This document shows positions 1 to 12,689 of a stretch of DNA of 64,000 bases, in pieces. How positions within the stretch are numbered: the stretch's first letter is position 1; each line of letters starts with the position of its first letter. The DNA is taken from contig NC_073387.1 in assembly GCF_028641065.1 (NCBI RefSeq), forward strand, positions 12,524,001-12,588,000, given 5' to 3'. Both the position numbers and the translations under genes were made by a program. The stretch comes from Leucoraja erinacea (Eukaryota). The notes under the pieces were generated by a model. It did no database searches, was not told the origin of the DNA, and saw only the letters and a program-made list of their open reading frames with translations.

Positions 1-445
1 CTGGATAGACTTGGGTTATACTCTCTAGAATTTAGGAGATTGAGAGGGGATCTTATAGAAACTTACAAAATTCTTAAGGGGTTGGACAGGCTGGATGCAG
101 GAAGATTGTTCCCGATGTTGGGGAAGTCCAGGACAAGGGGTCACAGCTTAAGGATAAGGGGGAAATCCTTTAAAACCGAGATGAGAAGAACTTTTTTCAC
201 ACAGAGTGTGGTGAATCTCTGGAACTCTCTGCCACAGAGGGTAGTTGAGGCCAGTTCATTGGCTATATTTAAGAGGGGGTTAGATGTGGCCCTTGTGGCT
301 AAGGGGATCAGGAGGGTATGGAGAGAAGGCAGGTACGGGATACTGAGTTAGATGATCAGCCATGATCATATTGAATGGCGGTGCAGGCTCGAAGGGCCGA
401 ATGGCCTACTCCTGCACCTAATTTCTATGTTTCTATGTTTCTATG
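1..445 (+). mobile_element. CR1-clade LINE 3' end (ORF2 C-terminus, 3' UTR, (TTCTATGT)n tail)
   Basis: ORF 40..351 RGDLIETYKILKGLD...TRGHSLRI...FFTQSVVNLWNSLP is the typical CR1 ORF2 C-terminus; tandem octamer tail at ~423-445. Confidence 0.9.
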
Positions 446-3010
446 CAGACCATCAGGCCGAGGGGATTTATCATCCTTCAGTCCCATTAGCCTACCCAAT
501 ACTATTTCTCGCATAATGAAAATTTCTTTCAGTTCCTCTACCCCCTTAGATCCTCTGTCCTCCAGTACATCTGGGATATTGTGTCTTCATTAGTGAAGAC
601 AGATCCGAAGTACCTGTTCAACTCTTCTGCCATTTCCTTGTTCCCCATAATAATTTCACCCGTGTCTGCCTTCAAGGGACCCACATTTGACTTTGCTATT
701 CTTTTTCCCTTAACTTACCTAAAGAAGCTTTTACGGTCCTTCTTTACATTCCTGGCCAGCTTCCCCTTCGTACTTATGTTGTCCTATGAAAGTTTCCCAA
801 TCCTCTGTCTTCCGGGTACACTTTGCTGTGTTATACATCTTTTATTTTAGTTTTATTCTATCCCTAACTTCTCTTGTTAGCCACAGTTGCCTCCTACTCT
901 CCTTAGAATCTTTCTTCCTTTTTGGAATGAAATGATCCTGCGTCTTCCGGATTATGCCCAGAAATTCCTACCAATGCTGTTCCACTGTCATTCCTGCCAG
1001 GATCCCTTTCCAGTCTACCTTGGCCAGCTCTTCTCTCATGCCTTCATAGTCCCCTTTGTTCAACTGCATCACTGACACTTCCGATTTAACCTTCTCCTTC
1101 TCAAATTGCAGATTAAAACTAATCATATTATGACCACTACCTCCAAGCGGTTCCTTTACGTCGAGTTCTCTTTTCAAATCTGGTTCATTGGACAACATTA
1201 AATCCAGAATTGCCTTTTCTCTGGTCGGCTCCAATACAAACTGCTCTAAGAATCCATCTCGGAGGCACTCTACAAACCCTCTTTCTTGGGGTCATGAACC
1301 AACCTGATTTTCCCAGTCTACCTGCATATTGAAATCCCTCATCACCACAGTGGCATTACCTTTGTCCTGCTGCAACTTACACCCTAGACCCGGGCTACTA
1401 TTTGGGGGTCTGTAACACCAATTAGTGTCTCCTTGCCTTTGCAATTCCTCAACTCAATCCACAGTGACTCTATCTTGTTAGTCCCTATGTCGTCCCTAGC
1501 AAGGGACTGAATTCCATCCCTTACCAGCAGAGCTGCCCCCCCCCCCCCTCCTCTCCTCTACCCACCTGCCTGTGGTTTCTATAGGATGTATAACCCTGAA
1601 TATTAAGTTCCCAGGCCCGATCCTCCTGCAGCCATGTCTCAGTAATCCCCACAATGTCATATCTACCAACCTCTAACTGAGCCTCAAGCTCATCTACTTT
1701 ACTTCTTATACTTTGCGCATTCAAATACAATACTTTTAATTCCTTACGCATCTCACCTTTCACATCGATCACTATTACACCTGGCCATACTCTCCTATCC
1801 CTTTGTAAGCTTTCTTTCACGTTAATTCTGGGGTAATTAACTATCCCTTTACTCCCCTTCCCTTTAACTAGGTATGTTGCAAAACCTACCTTAAGCGTCG
1901 CTGCAGATCTGTCCCAGCCCGTGTGTGTAATTATGGTGCCGTTTAGAGGGGGGCGGGTTTAAAACGTGATTTCCTCTAGGCTGGTCAAATCGAGCTTGTT
2001 CAGCCTACCTCAGTTGCTGACGAAAAATCGCTTGAAGTTTCACTCGCTGGAGTTATTTTTACATTTTACGGGTTTATTTAATTATTATAGTAAGTTAAAA
2101 ATTAACCTCTAAACCCGCGACTGCCGACAACAGGTCGGATTTCATACAGGGGACAACGGAAGGTAGGTTGTTTATTTTTACATTAAAAAGCGCTTCTTAA
2201 GATCCCTTTATACAAAGTTTAATGTTGCGAGTAGCTAATTTGGGGCCCCATTAAATCCCGCAGTATTTTTCTGGGCATATGGGGTACAAATCCACCGCAA
2301 TGTGAACGTTCTAAACCAACGCGTTCTACAGGATCCCACTCGAAAGCTGATTTAAATGGCCATTAATTTACAGCAATTGAACACTAAATTCCTTCCATTT
2401 GGCCTATAAATTAATGTAAATGAGATTTAAAAATCATGTTTTATTGTGAATTCTTTGTGAATATTATTTGGACACTTAGGCTATTTAAAAATGTTAATCA
2501 TTTCTTAAGAAATGGATAGATGTTTAGATCTAGTAATTGAAGTTTGGAATTAGCTACAATTGGGTAACTAACTAATTATATGCTTTAATTTCAGGTCATC
2601 CAAGTAAGATTATTTTATATTTGTTTCAGAATTCTTCAATCTATGATAACTGAAAATTTCATTCAGTTCTCTTAATTTTTAAGAAAGTTATGGGCTTTTG
2701 ACTGTCCACGATCACAGCTTTTTTGTTATGTCCATAGAAAATCAATAGGGAACAAGATGCTAATTTCCGAGTATGAAAATGGCCATAACTTTTTAAATAC
2801 TTGAGATATGAAAGTGAATTAGGTGTCAAATTAAACTTCTTTTTATGCTTTATCTGATGGGATAAATTGCAGACTTGATTTTTAAAATCTCAAAATTTTG
2901 TAACATTGCTACTTTAACTCCGTCTTTGACTATCCCATTTGACACTTGTTTCTTCCCATTTGTTTCTTTTTTTCCATTGTTTTTGAAGAAATAGAGTGGA
3001 TTAGTTTTGC
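446..3010 (-). mobile_element. Decayed CR1 LINE, APE endonuclease region of ORF2, interrupted by a DNA transposon at 1869-2911
   Basis: ORFs 1521..1820 (LKVLYLNAQSIRSK..DIVGITETWL) and 968..1234 (PTREKAILDL..EPLGGSGHNMISF) carry APE-type endonuclease motifs; frameshifted. Confidence 0.85.
1869..2911. mobile_element. Non-autonomous DNA transposon (~1.04 kb), copy 1, imperfect 16-bp TIRs, 7-bp TSD
   Basis: Ends TAGGTATGTTGCAAAA ... TTTTGTAACATTGCTA; flanked by CTTTAAC (1862-1868 and 2912-2918); second copy inverted at 34788-35827. Confidence 0.9.
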
Positions 3011-3606
3011 TGACAGTCATTGCAAGACAATGGGACAAATGGCCATCTATGCTGGAACAAGTCTATAATCAAAATGATTTTTAACACTCTTGCTGAATTC
3101 CAATTCAATGCACCATGCTGGATAACGTGCCAAACACCTTGAAGGCAATGGATATGAAAGCACGGAACATACAAAATATTTTTTTGTATCATTAACTGAA
3201 GTGCACCGACAATGTAATAAAAGAGTCTGCATAATTTTGGCCATTATTTGTCGAATATTTTTATTTTATAATCTATTTATCGTGGCATTTTAGTTCACAT
3301 TATCTTCCCTCTACATTGAAAGCCAAATGGGCACCACGTGTTTTTAGCATTTTATAGTGCATGGGAAATAGCCCCGAAACTTCATCAATTCCTTTTCCCC
3401 AGAGATGCTGCCTGAGTTAATCCAGCTTTTGCATCTATCCTCTAGCCATTAAATAACTTTAGTTTCCTATGAACAAACCTGACAAGACAAGTATGCAAAT
3501 GGCCAGAAATCCTTGAGTGGGTGGCAGAACAATTATCTCACCATCGGCAGATCAAGTGAGGCCAAGAGCTGCAGCACATCACACTACATCTTACGAGCCG
3601 GAGTAA

Positions 3607-4065
3607 AGGGGCTGTCCCACTTGGATTGCCCTTGACTCATAATCGCAGCATGGTCGATACGAGGTCGTAGGAGGTATTTGTAACTCTCCTTCATGCTCGA
3701 GAGTAGTCCCCATGTACTCAAGGCCTCAGCTAGGTCGTGGCATATTTTTCAACACGTTGAAAAATGCCCGCGAGGAAAAAAAAGGTCGCCATGGAAAAAA
3801 TCTATACTTTTTTTACTCGTAGGTTTAGTCATAGTAGGTCGGTATGTTAGTCGTAGGTAGTCGAGGATAGTCAAAGATAGTCTTCATCATAGTCGAAGGG
3901 AGGTCATCTTCACTCTCCACTATTCGGTGTCCAATTTTCCTGAAGTTAGTTGTAGCTGTCTTCAACATAGTCGAAGGAGGTCGAAGGAAGTCTTCTACAA
4001 AGCCGAAGGAGGTTTTAAAACTCTTCTAAACTCGCCAATTAGGTCGCCCAAGTGGGACAGCCCCT
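3607..4065. mobile_element. PIF/Harbinger-type MITE
   Basis: TIR AGGGGCTGTCCCACTTGG / CCAAGTGGGACAGCCCCT, TAA TSD (3604-3606, 4066-4068), no coding capacity. Confidence 0.85.
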
Positions 4066-4251
4066 TAAGATTGTACAGAGTAAGATTTTCATTCTTACTC
4101 AGAAAGTTACAAGATATAAGCTATTTAAGGTTTAACTTTTAGATTGGGAAATGTTTTTGAGAGGTGGGGGTTGGTAAGGGGAGAATGGTTCGAAGAGAAA
4201 TATTACAAACTTTTAAAATAAAAATATTGAAATAATTCTGATCTAATTTAC

Positions 4252-4290
4252 ACTGACAGCCTACTGTATGCACTTCAATGGTCATGTTGC
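4252..4290 (-). other. Candidate small exon of the left-hand minus-strand gene (contains ATG, MTIEVHTVGCQ)
   Basis: ttttttactgtattag acceptor, GCAACATGA start context, weak gtaaat donor; peptide not recognised. Confidence 0.25.
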
Positions 4291-5154
4291 CTAATACAGT
4301 AAAAAAACATAAAACAAACAATCTTAAAAAAAAATCTGTCAACAATCTCCTCCATGCGCAGCCCTGTTAAGCACAAAGCAAGGTCCAACAGTCAACAGTA
4401 ATTACTGCTAATCTATCACACTGGATAGTCTATGCCGGCATCATTCCTGCTCTGAAGTCCAAGCTTTGTGCCTCAGTCACCTAGATTGATTGCCAGAGTG
4501 CAAAGGCTGTGTGAAAAGGTTCTAACACTCAAGTTGTGCACTCACAAGCTTGTCTTGTACAATCATTAAGACAGCACTGGAAGATTTCCCATGGAAATTA
4601 GTTGGCCCGATTGCAACTGACGTTACTCTGGGGGAAATGATTAAAGATAGCTTGTTCTGTTGGTTCTTGCACTTCAGTATCTAACACCAATGGTTCTGTG
4701 GAATCTTGTAACACCATCCCTAAACCCGAGGCTGTTAAAAGTTTACCATAATATATCAACTAGTATTTTCTCAGTCGCAACACAACCAAGCTATAGGGTT
4801 CCAGAATGTGCAGTTATAAAAGTTTTAGAAATTTTAAATCCCAATTAGTGTAATGCAATTTTTCAAGATACAACAAAACATTTGTCAACGTTGCCAATAA
4901 AAAAAATAGAAAATGCCTATTCTGATCAAGAATCTCACTCAAAACATTGGCCAGTCTTTGTCTTTCCCTTTCCAATATTTTGCAATTTAAAAATGGTGTG
5001 AAGAGCAACACTGGTGGATTTAATGACTATAACAGCAGCACATCATGCTTTAACCCACTGATGTTTTGTTCACACTAGAACCTTCACTCCCAAGAAAACC
5101 ACCGCTTTCACATTTACAATGTGTACTCCAAACAGAATAATAGATTAAATATTA

Positions 5155-5812
5155 CAATAGACAATAGGTACAGGAGTAGGCCAATCGGCCTTTAGAGCCA
5201 GCACCGCAATTCAATGTGATCATGTCTGATCATCCCCAATCAGTACCCCGTTCCTGCCCTCTCCCCATATCCCCTGACTTTGCTATCTTCAAGAGCCCTA
5301 TCTAGCTCTCTCTTGAAAGCATCCAGAGAACCTGCCTCCACCGCCCTCTGAGGCAGAGAATTCCACAGACTCACAACTCTCCGTGACAAAAAGTGTTTCC
5401 TCGTCTCCATTCTAAATGGCTTACCCCTTATTCTTAAACTGTGGCCCCTGGTTCTGGACTCCCCCAACATCAGGAACACATTTCCTGCCTCTAGCGTGTC
5501 CAAACCCTAAACAATCTTATATGTTTCAATAAGATGCCCTCTCATCCTTCTAAACTCCAGAGTGTACAAGCCCAGCCATTCTCTCAGCATATGACAGCCC
5601 GGGAATTAACCTTGTAAGCCTACGCTGCACTCCCTCAATTGTAAGAATGTCCTTCCTCAAATTAGGGGACCAAAACCGCACACAATACTCCAGGTGTGGT
5701 CTCACTAGGGCCCTGTACAACTGCAGAAGGACCTCTTGGCTCCTATAGTCGACTCCTCTTGTTATAAAGGCCAGCATGCCATTCACTTTCTTCGCTGCCC
5801 GCTGCACCTGCA
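5155..5812 (-). mobile_element. CR1 LINE 3' fragment
   Basis: ORFs 5550..5813 (LYRALVRPHLEYCVRFWSP) and 5240..5503 (TRGHSLRI..LWNSLP). Confidence 0.9.
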
Positions 5813-7677
5813 TGCTGTACTCGCATAACTTTTCCCAGTGATTATTCTTTTAATGAACATCACACATATCACACACGCATTGAGCCTAAACACAATTATT
5901 ATTATTATGACCACTTCATCAACCTTCAAATAAGACAACTGGCTTAAGTCATCGAGCCTTACATTATCATCAGCAGTTGAGCAACACAAAGAATTTCCCA
6001 GGTTGAGCTCAGAGTTGCACTTCCCTGTTATAGCCTTCGGTAAATCCCTCATTTGGCCCCAGACTTGAAGAATCAAATTTATGAGTTTGCAAGGATTTTT
6101 GGGGAGAAACCAAAAGGAGAACTACCACTAAGAAAAATTAGGTAACTGCCATTCTCAATATTATGCTGAACTAAATACAAGTAGATTGATTCGAATAAAT
6201 TATATCGTTGAAAAAACATACGTCTATGTATTTCTCATGAACAGAATAAATGTCAGTCTAAAAATCTACATTCAAGCAGCTTTTATTTACCCTTCATATC
6301 GTTGCTGCTTTATGGAGATATTTTTTACTGCATGTTGAAGGTGCCATTGGCAAACTATCACATTGAACCATCACAGTCCTTCTGTTGGACTTCAAATGGC
6401 ATCCTTCAGTGCTATGTACTGCAAATGTTGGAAATCTGAAATAAACACAAAAATAAATTTGCTGACCATATTCAGCAGCTCGTCGACGCAGAAAATGAAT
6501 GAATGCTTCAGGTTGATGATCTTTAGTCAGAACTCAGAAGAGATAGGTGAAGAGAAAATCATCTGCAGAGGAGTGTATCAGAACAGTCATCTTTTTATGT
6601 GAGAAGAGATAGTAGAAAGGAAAAAAGATTGGAGATAATATTCCCTCAGTTGTAGTGCAATCTCTGGAAGACAAATCCTAATAGCATTTTAACTGAATAG
6701 TGATTAGGCCATTGGTGAGCAAGTAACACTAAATAGCGCTGTTGTTGATACCTTTCTTCCATGTGATGACCAACTGGTGGCTGGTTAAGTAATAATGGAT
6801 TGGATTTGTCAAGATTTTTGTGGCTTGAACCCAAGTGAGCAACTGTCCACATTACTAGTTGATTCAAGCGTTGTAATTGAATTATAAGAGCTAAGTCAAA
6901 GGTATGGTTAATTCTAGATTCCAATACATTAGCCTTTTCTATATCCAGTGCTGTCAGCAGTTTCGTGGTAGCACACGAGTCAAATTGGCCGGTGCCTAGC
7001 TTTTATGAATACCAGGATATCTCAGGCTGAGGTCAAGAATCTCGGAGCATATGTATAAAAGCATGAGCCAAAATAAGGTGAATACTCTCTTCCCCAGGAT
7101 AGAGGAGTCAGATTACCGGAGGGCATAGGTTTAAAGCGAGAGGAAAAATATTTAACAATTTTGTAATTTCACAAAGAGGTTGGTGTGTATATGCAACAAG
7201 CTGCCAGAGGAAATAGTTGAGGCAGGTACAATAATAACATTTAAAAACCATTAAAACAGGTACATGGGTGGTAAAGGCTTGGAGGTATGTTGCAGGCTAG
7301 CTCCATTAAGCAACTTGGTCAGCAATGGATGAGTTGTGCCGAAGGGTCTGTTTTCTTGCTGTACAGCTCTATGTGGGGTGTCATAGTGGTTTAACAGTTA
7401 GCACTACGCCTCACATTGTAACTCTGGGTTCAATCCGGGCCTTGGCAGTTGTCCATGTGGAGTTTGCATGCTCAACCTGAAATTTGTTCTCAATTTTTCG
7501 CCGACATCCCCAAAATACGTTGGTCGGTGAATTTGCTATTGTGTAATAAATGGAAAAAGAATCAAAGGAGAACTGATGGGTATGTGAGAGAACATTGCAG
7601 GATTCCGAGCAAATGGGAAGGGGGGTGGAAGTGGTACTGATGGGAGTTTTTTCTGCTGGAAGCTGACATGGACCCAA

Positions 7678-8668
7678 TGGCAGTTGTATCATCAATGAAG
7701 ACAAGTGAGCCAGTACCTTCAGCAGCCAAACATGCCCAGGCCATAACACCCCCACCACCGTGTTTCACAGATGAGGTGGTATGCTTTGGATCTTGGGCAG
7801 TTCCTTCTCTCCTCCATACTTTGCTCTTGCCATCACTCCGATATAAGTTAATCTTCTCCTCATCTGTCCACAAGACCTTTTTCCAAAACTGTCGTTGCTC
7901 TTTTAAGTACTTCTTGGCAAACTGTACCCGGACCATCTTATTTTTGTGGCTAACCAGTGGTTTCATCGTGCAGTGTAGACTCTGTATTTCTGTTCATGAA
8001 GTCTTCTGCGGACAGTGGTCATTGACACCTGACTCCTGAAGAGTGTTTCTGATCTGTCGGACAGGTGTTTGGGGATATTTCTTTATTATAGAGAGAATTC
8101 TTCTGTCATCAGCTTTGGAGGTCTTCTTGGGCCTGCCAGTCCCTTTGCGATTGGTAAGCTCACCAGTGCTCTCTTTCTTCTTAAAGATTTTCCAAACAGT
8201 TGATTTTGGTAAGTCTGAGGCTTGGCTAATGTCTCTAACAGTTTTATTCTTGTTTCTCAGTCTCATAATGGCTTCTTTGACTTTCATTTGCACAACTTTG
8301 GTTCTCATGTTGATAAACAGCAATAAAAGTTTTCAAAGGTGATGGAAGGACTGGAGGAAAGACTAGGTGCTGAGTTCTCTTATACCTGCATTAAGGAGGC
8401 AATTAAACACACCTGAGCAATTACAAGTGCCTGTGAAGCCATGTGGCCCAAACATTATGGTGCCCCAAAATGGGGGTGGACTAAGTGTAAACACAGCTGT
8501 AATTTCTACATGGTGAAACCAAAATGTATAAAAATGGCCTTTAATAAAATCAGATAATGTGCACTTTAACTACATGTGATTTTTTTTCTATTACAAATCT
8601 CAAATTGTGGAGTAAAGAGGCAAAAAAAAAATGATGGGTCTTTGTCCCAAACATTATGAAGGGCACTG
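7678..8668 (-). mobile_element. Tc1-family DNA transposon, frameshifted and truncated at the transposase C-terminal side
   Basis: ORF 7994..8323 (HTH, GRPKK) and ORF 7562..7966 (VLWTDEEK..VWR..SVKHGGGGVMAWAC); TIR CAGTGCCCTTCATAATGTTTGGG ending at 8668 followed by TA; inner direct repeat at ~8446-8464. Confidence 0.92.
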
Positions 8669-9042
8669 TATATATTCACAAGGACAACTTTGCTGTTGTA
8701 CGAAGGAAGCACTAAGTGCAGAATACAATTTAAGAGCAGTCTAGAGGAGGAGAGTGAGTGGTAAAGAGGAGCACTGCCGGGTCAAAAAATTAAATGGGTT
8801 GATCACAAGAGAGCTTACAATTATTAAGTAAAGTCTCTCTGCACCAGAGATACATATTCACTGCATGCCATAGTGGCAATTTTCATAGAAGCATTAATAA
8901 CATTTTTTTAGCAGCTTCCCCCATGTGTCCCTGCTGACTACCAGGAATATGAAGGTGTCTGATAAGCTACTGCACCTCACCCTTTAGTGGAATGAACAGA
9001 TCCGATGTATTTACCATATATTAAAATCATATAATAAAATGT

Positions 9043-9335
9043 CAGCATGGTGGCACAGCAGTAGTTGCTGCCTTACAGCTTCAGAGAACCGGGTTCGATC
9101 CCAATTACGGGTGCTTGTTTATACGTAGTTTGTACGTTCTCCCAGTGATCTGCGTGGTTTTATCCAGTGTGGGAGCTTCCTCCTACACTCCAAAGACAAT
9201 CAAGTTCGTAAGTTAATTGGCTTGGTAAAATTGTAAATTGTCTCGTGTGTGTGTGTGTGTGTGTAGGATAGTGTAAGTGTGCGGGGATCGCTGGTCTGTG
9301 GGGAAAGGGCCTGTTTCTGCATCTCTAAACTAAAC
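9043..9335 (+). mobile_element. tRNA-derived SINE (HE1/V-SINE type)
   Basis: A-box TGGCACAGCAG and B-box GGTTCGATCC, conserved core, CR1-derived tail ending (ctaaa)n. Confidence 0.8.
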
Positions 9336-9762
9336 TGTCACCTTTGGACTTTTACTTTCACTAGTGTACAAGAACAAGTTAGATAGCAGTAGTAAACATT
9401 CATTACACATCTACTTCGTTACTAGATTGAAGAGATTTGGTATGTCAATGAATACTCTATTTACACTTTCATTTAGTCTACAATTAATCAAATTTGTCAG
9501 GGTCTTGATCAACAAAACCCATGGCCTCCACAGGTAAGCATGGCATCAGTGGAGACTTGGTTCAGCTAAAGGGCCACAGTTCTCATCCTGGCCATACCCA
9601 AATTATCTAATTGCAAGCACGTGACGAAAACAAAATCACCAAGAATCATCATTCATGGACTACTGCTATACAAGAGCATATCCCCTAGCTAACTCAACCA
9701 ATGAAAGGCAGCAGCACAGCCAAGCCTGTTCTGCCTGTGCCAAAACAGGAATATTTCTGTGA

Positions 9763-10217
9763 AGGGCCTGTCCGAGCATGCGACTGCAGGCGGCAAGCGT
9801 GACCAAACCGGAAGCGGGGGCCGCACGGAGGTCAAGTGATCCCCGTACAGGGCCGGTCCCACCAGCATGCGACTGCATGCGGCGAGCACAACCAAACCAG
9901 AAGCGGGGCCGCGCGGAAGTCGAGTGAGTGACGTGAAGTTCGAGCGAAGTCCGCGGGAAGATCGCGCATGACGCACGGCGTCAAGACGCTGCTTTTCCCC
10001 TTCGAGGCGGTGCGTACAGCATTCAACGTGGCTGCGGGCCGGCAGGCCATTGCGGGACGGAATTTTTGAACACTGTCATTTTTCCGGAACCCCGCGCGGT
10101 GTCGGGACCAGCTACGCACAACTCCATACGGCGATCGAAGTGGGAACGGCCCCGCGAGGCCGTACCGCTCAAGTGACCACATTAGGTCGCGCTTGCCGCG
10201 CTCGTGGGACAGACCCT
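9763..10217. mobile_element. PIF/Harbinger-type MITE with internal ~60-bp duplication
   Basis: Ends AGGGCCTGTCC.. / ..GTGGGACAGACCCT, related to the 3607-4065 TIR; flanks TGA/TAA; internal repeat ~9775-9838 vs ~9865-9926. Confidence 0.7.
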
Positions 10218-10309
10218 TAAGATTGATGAATAGTATTACGACCATGTGAACTATGGCACTGTTTCTATGACAGTGACACACAAAGAACTTGGAGGACCTG
10301 TGAGAACGG

Positions 10310-10890
10310 ACGGCATGGTGGCGCAGCGGTTGAGTTGCTGCCTTACAGCGCCAGGGTCCCGGGTTCGATCCTGACTACAGGTGCTGTCTGTACGGAGTCT
10401 GCACGTTCTCCCCGTGACCGTTTGGGTTTTTTCTCCGGATGCAGAACTATAGGAGCGCTTTAATTAAATAGCAGAAGCTAGCTTATCACCATTTTCACAC
10501 ATCAATCAAAACAAAGGCCTCGTCATTCAAATCAAATAAAAATAAAAGCCTAACCAACAAATGCAGATGTGTAGGAAGGAACTGTAGGGCGGTCACAGTG
10601 GCGCAGCAGCAGAGTTGCTGCCTTACAGCAAATGCAATGCCGGAGACCCGGGTTCGATCCTGACTGCGGGTGCTGTCTGTACAGTTTGTACGTTCTCCCA
10701 GTGACCTATGTGGGTTTTCTCCGAGATCTCTGGTTTCCTCCCACACTCCACAGGTGTACAGGTTTGTAGGTTAATTGGTTTGGTAAATGTAAAAATTGTC
10801 CCTAGTGTAGGATAGTGTTAATGTGCGGGGTTCACTGGTCGGCATGGACCCGGTGAGGCGAAGGGCCTGTTTCCGCCCTGTATCTCTAAA
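10310..10890 (+). mobile_element. Two HE1-type SINE copies (truncated ~10310-10440; full ~10588-10890)
   Basis: TGGCGCAGC A-box, GGTTCGATCC B-box, shared core and tail. Confidence 0.8.
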
Positions 10891-10969
10891 AAAACTTTAA
10901 AAAAAAGAAACTGTTTGTTTCCTGTGGTTGATTGGTTTAATATTGAAAGGGCATGTGTAAGATATTATT

Positions 10970-11300
10970 TGAATCTTATTGAAACATATAAGATTATTAA
11001 AGGTTTGGACACGCTAGAGGCAGGAAACATGTTCCCAATGTTGGGGGAGTCCAGAACCAGGGGCCATAGTTTAAGAATAAGTGGTAAGCCATTTAGAACG
11101 GAGATGAGGAAAAACTTTTTCACAGAGAGTTGTGAGTGTGTGGAATTATCTGCCTCATAGGGTGGTGGAGGGTGGTTCTATGGATGTTTTCAAGAGAGTT
11201 AGATAGAGCTTTTAGGAATAGCAGAGTTAAGGGATATGGAGAGAAGGCAGGAACTGATTGTGCTGGCTCAAAGGGCCAAATGCACCTATTGTCTATGCTG
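10970..11300 (+). mobile_element. CR1 LINE 3' fragment
   Basis: LIETYKIIKGLDTLEAGNMFPMLGESRTRGHSLRI. Confidence 0.85.
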
Positions 11301-11480
11301 ATTTACACCGAAGATAAACACGAAATGCTGGAGTAACTCAGCGGGTCTGGCAGCACCTCTGGAGAAAGGGAATATGTGATGTCAAGACCCTTCTTTCTTC
11401 AGACTGAGAGTAAGTCTGAAGAAAGGTCTCAACCCAAAACATCATGTATTCCTGTTCTCCAGAGATGCTGCCTGACCGAC
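11300..11480. repeat. Penelope-derived repeat pair in inverted orientation with decayed hammerhead motif
   Basis: Reverse copy ..acccttctttcttcagact followed by forward agtctgaagaaaggtctcaacccaaaacatc..tctccagagatgctgcctgacc. Confidence 0.7.
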
Positions 11481-11971
11481 AAATCCAGATGCCATCTTCT
11501 CATACCTTTCATTTGCAGGAAATTCCACTAATAGTCATGTCAATGAAAGGGGAAGTCAAAGGGATACCAATATCTTGTTGTGCTGCAACCTAAAAAAAGA
11601 CTGGCTTTCAGGAAAAGTAACAAAAAATTAGAACCAAATGTAGACTTCTACTGAGAATAGCTCCCACCCCCATCTATACCTATCCTGAAACAATTTGAGC
11701 ATTGCAATGTAATCAATTCCTGCCAAACAGAAGCACATTAAATAGTAAACTCCAAAATGTGACACCATTTGATTTGACAAATTGTTTAGACCCACCCACC
11801 ACACCAAACCTACATAGGAACCTCAATGACATGATTAATGAGATCAAAGGTGGAATCTCCACTGTCCGTAAAGGTTTCCAAACGCCAGGCTAGCTAGATA
11901 GGCAATACAAGTCACACAAAAGAAAAAGGTATAAATATTAAGAGAGATATCCTACAATAGATATTGTATGT

Positions 11972-12270
11972 GGCGGCACAGTAGCACAGCGGTAGAGTTT
12001 CTGCCAGAGACCAGGGATCGATCCTGACCACAGGTGCTTGTCTGTATGGAGTTTGTACCTTCTCCCTGTGACCTGCGTGGGTTTTCTCCGGGATCTCCAG
12101 TTTCCTCCCACACTACAAAGACGTACAGGTTTGTAGGTTAATTGGCTTGGTATAAATGTAAATTGTCCCTAGTGTGTGTAGGATGGTATAAGTGTGCGGG
12201 GATCGCTGGTCGGCGCTGACCCAGTGGGAGAAGGACCTGTTTCGTCGCAGTATCTCTTAACTAAAAAAAA
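11972..12270 (+). mobile_element. HE1-type SINE
   Basis: tRNA head, core, tail as in other copies. Confidence 0.8.
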
Positions 12271-12689
12271 CTAAATTAAGATATATAGCAGAATGAAGCA
12301 ATATTCAACTTCATGTCAGGATTCAGAGCCCAGAAGTGAAAGTAATTTATACAAATATAATATTAAACAGCACGAAGTACATCATTTACATTTCTGAAAA
12401 CGTCACTGAAAAGAGGAGAGGCAGGGTGGGGTTAACAGGGAGGACAGGCAGGAGGTCGGGCCTACATGGGTTGCAAAGCCAGGGAGGTGGAAGGGCAAGC
12501 GAATGAAGGGAATGAAGTCTGGGGAACCAAATTGAAGGGCCAGTAGGGACATTGTAGAGGAGGAACAACCAGGGATGAAGCAAACAGAGGGGGGTGACAG
12601 AGGACAAGGTAGAGGGGAGGAATGGGCAAGGGACCAGGAGAGCAGAAAAGGCAGTGATGGTGGGACCACAGCAGAGGAGAAGGGGACAA

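Noticed and set aside
5783-6924. Unique-looking ORFs 5783..6076 and 6646..6924 as exons of the left gene
   Set aside because: No recognisable family motifs and no consistent splice-site pairs
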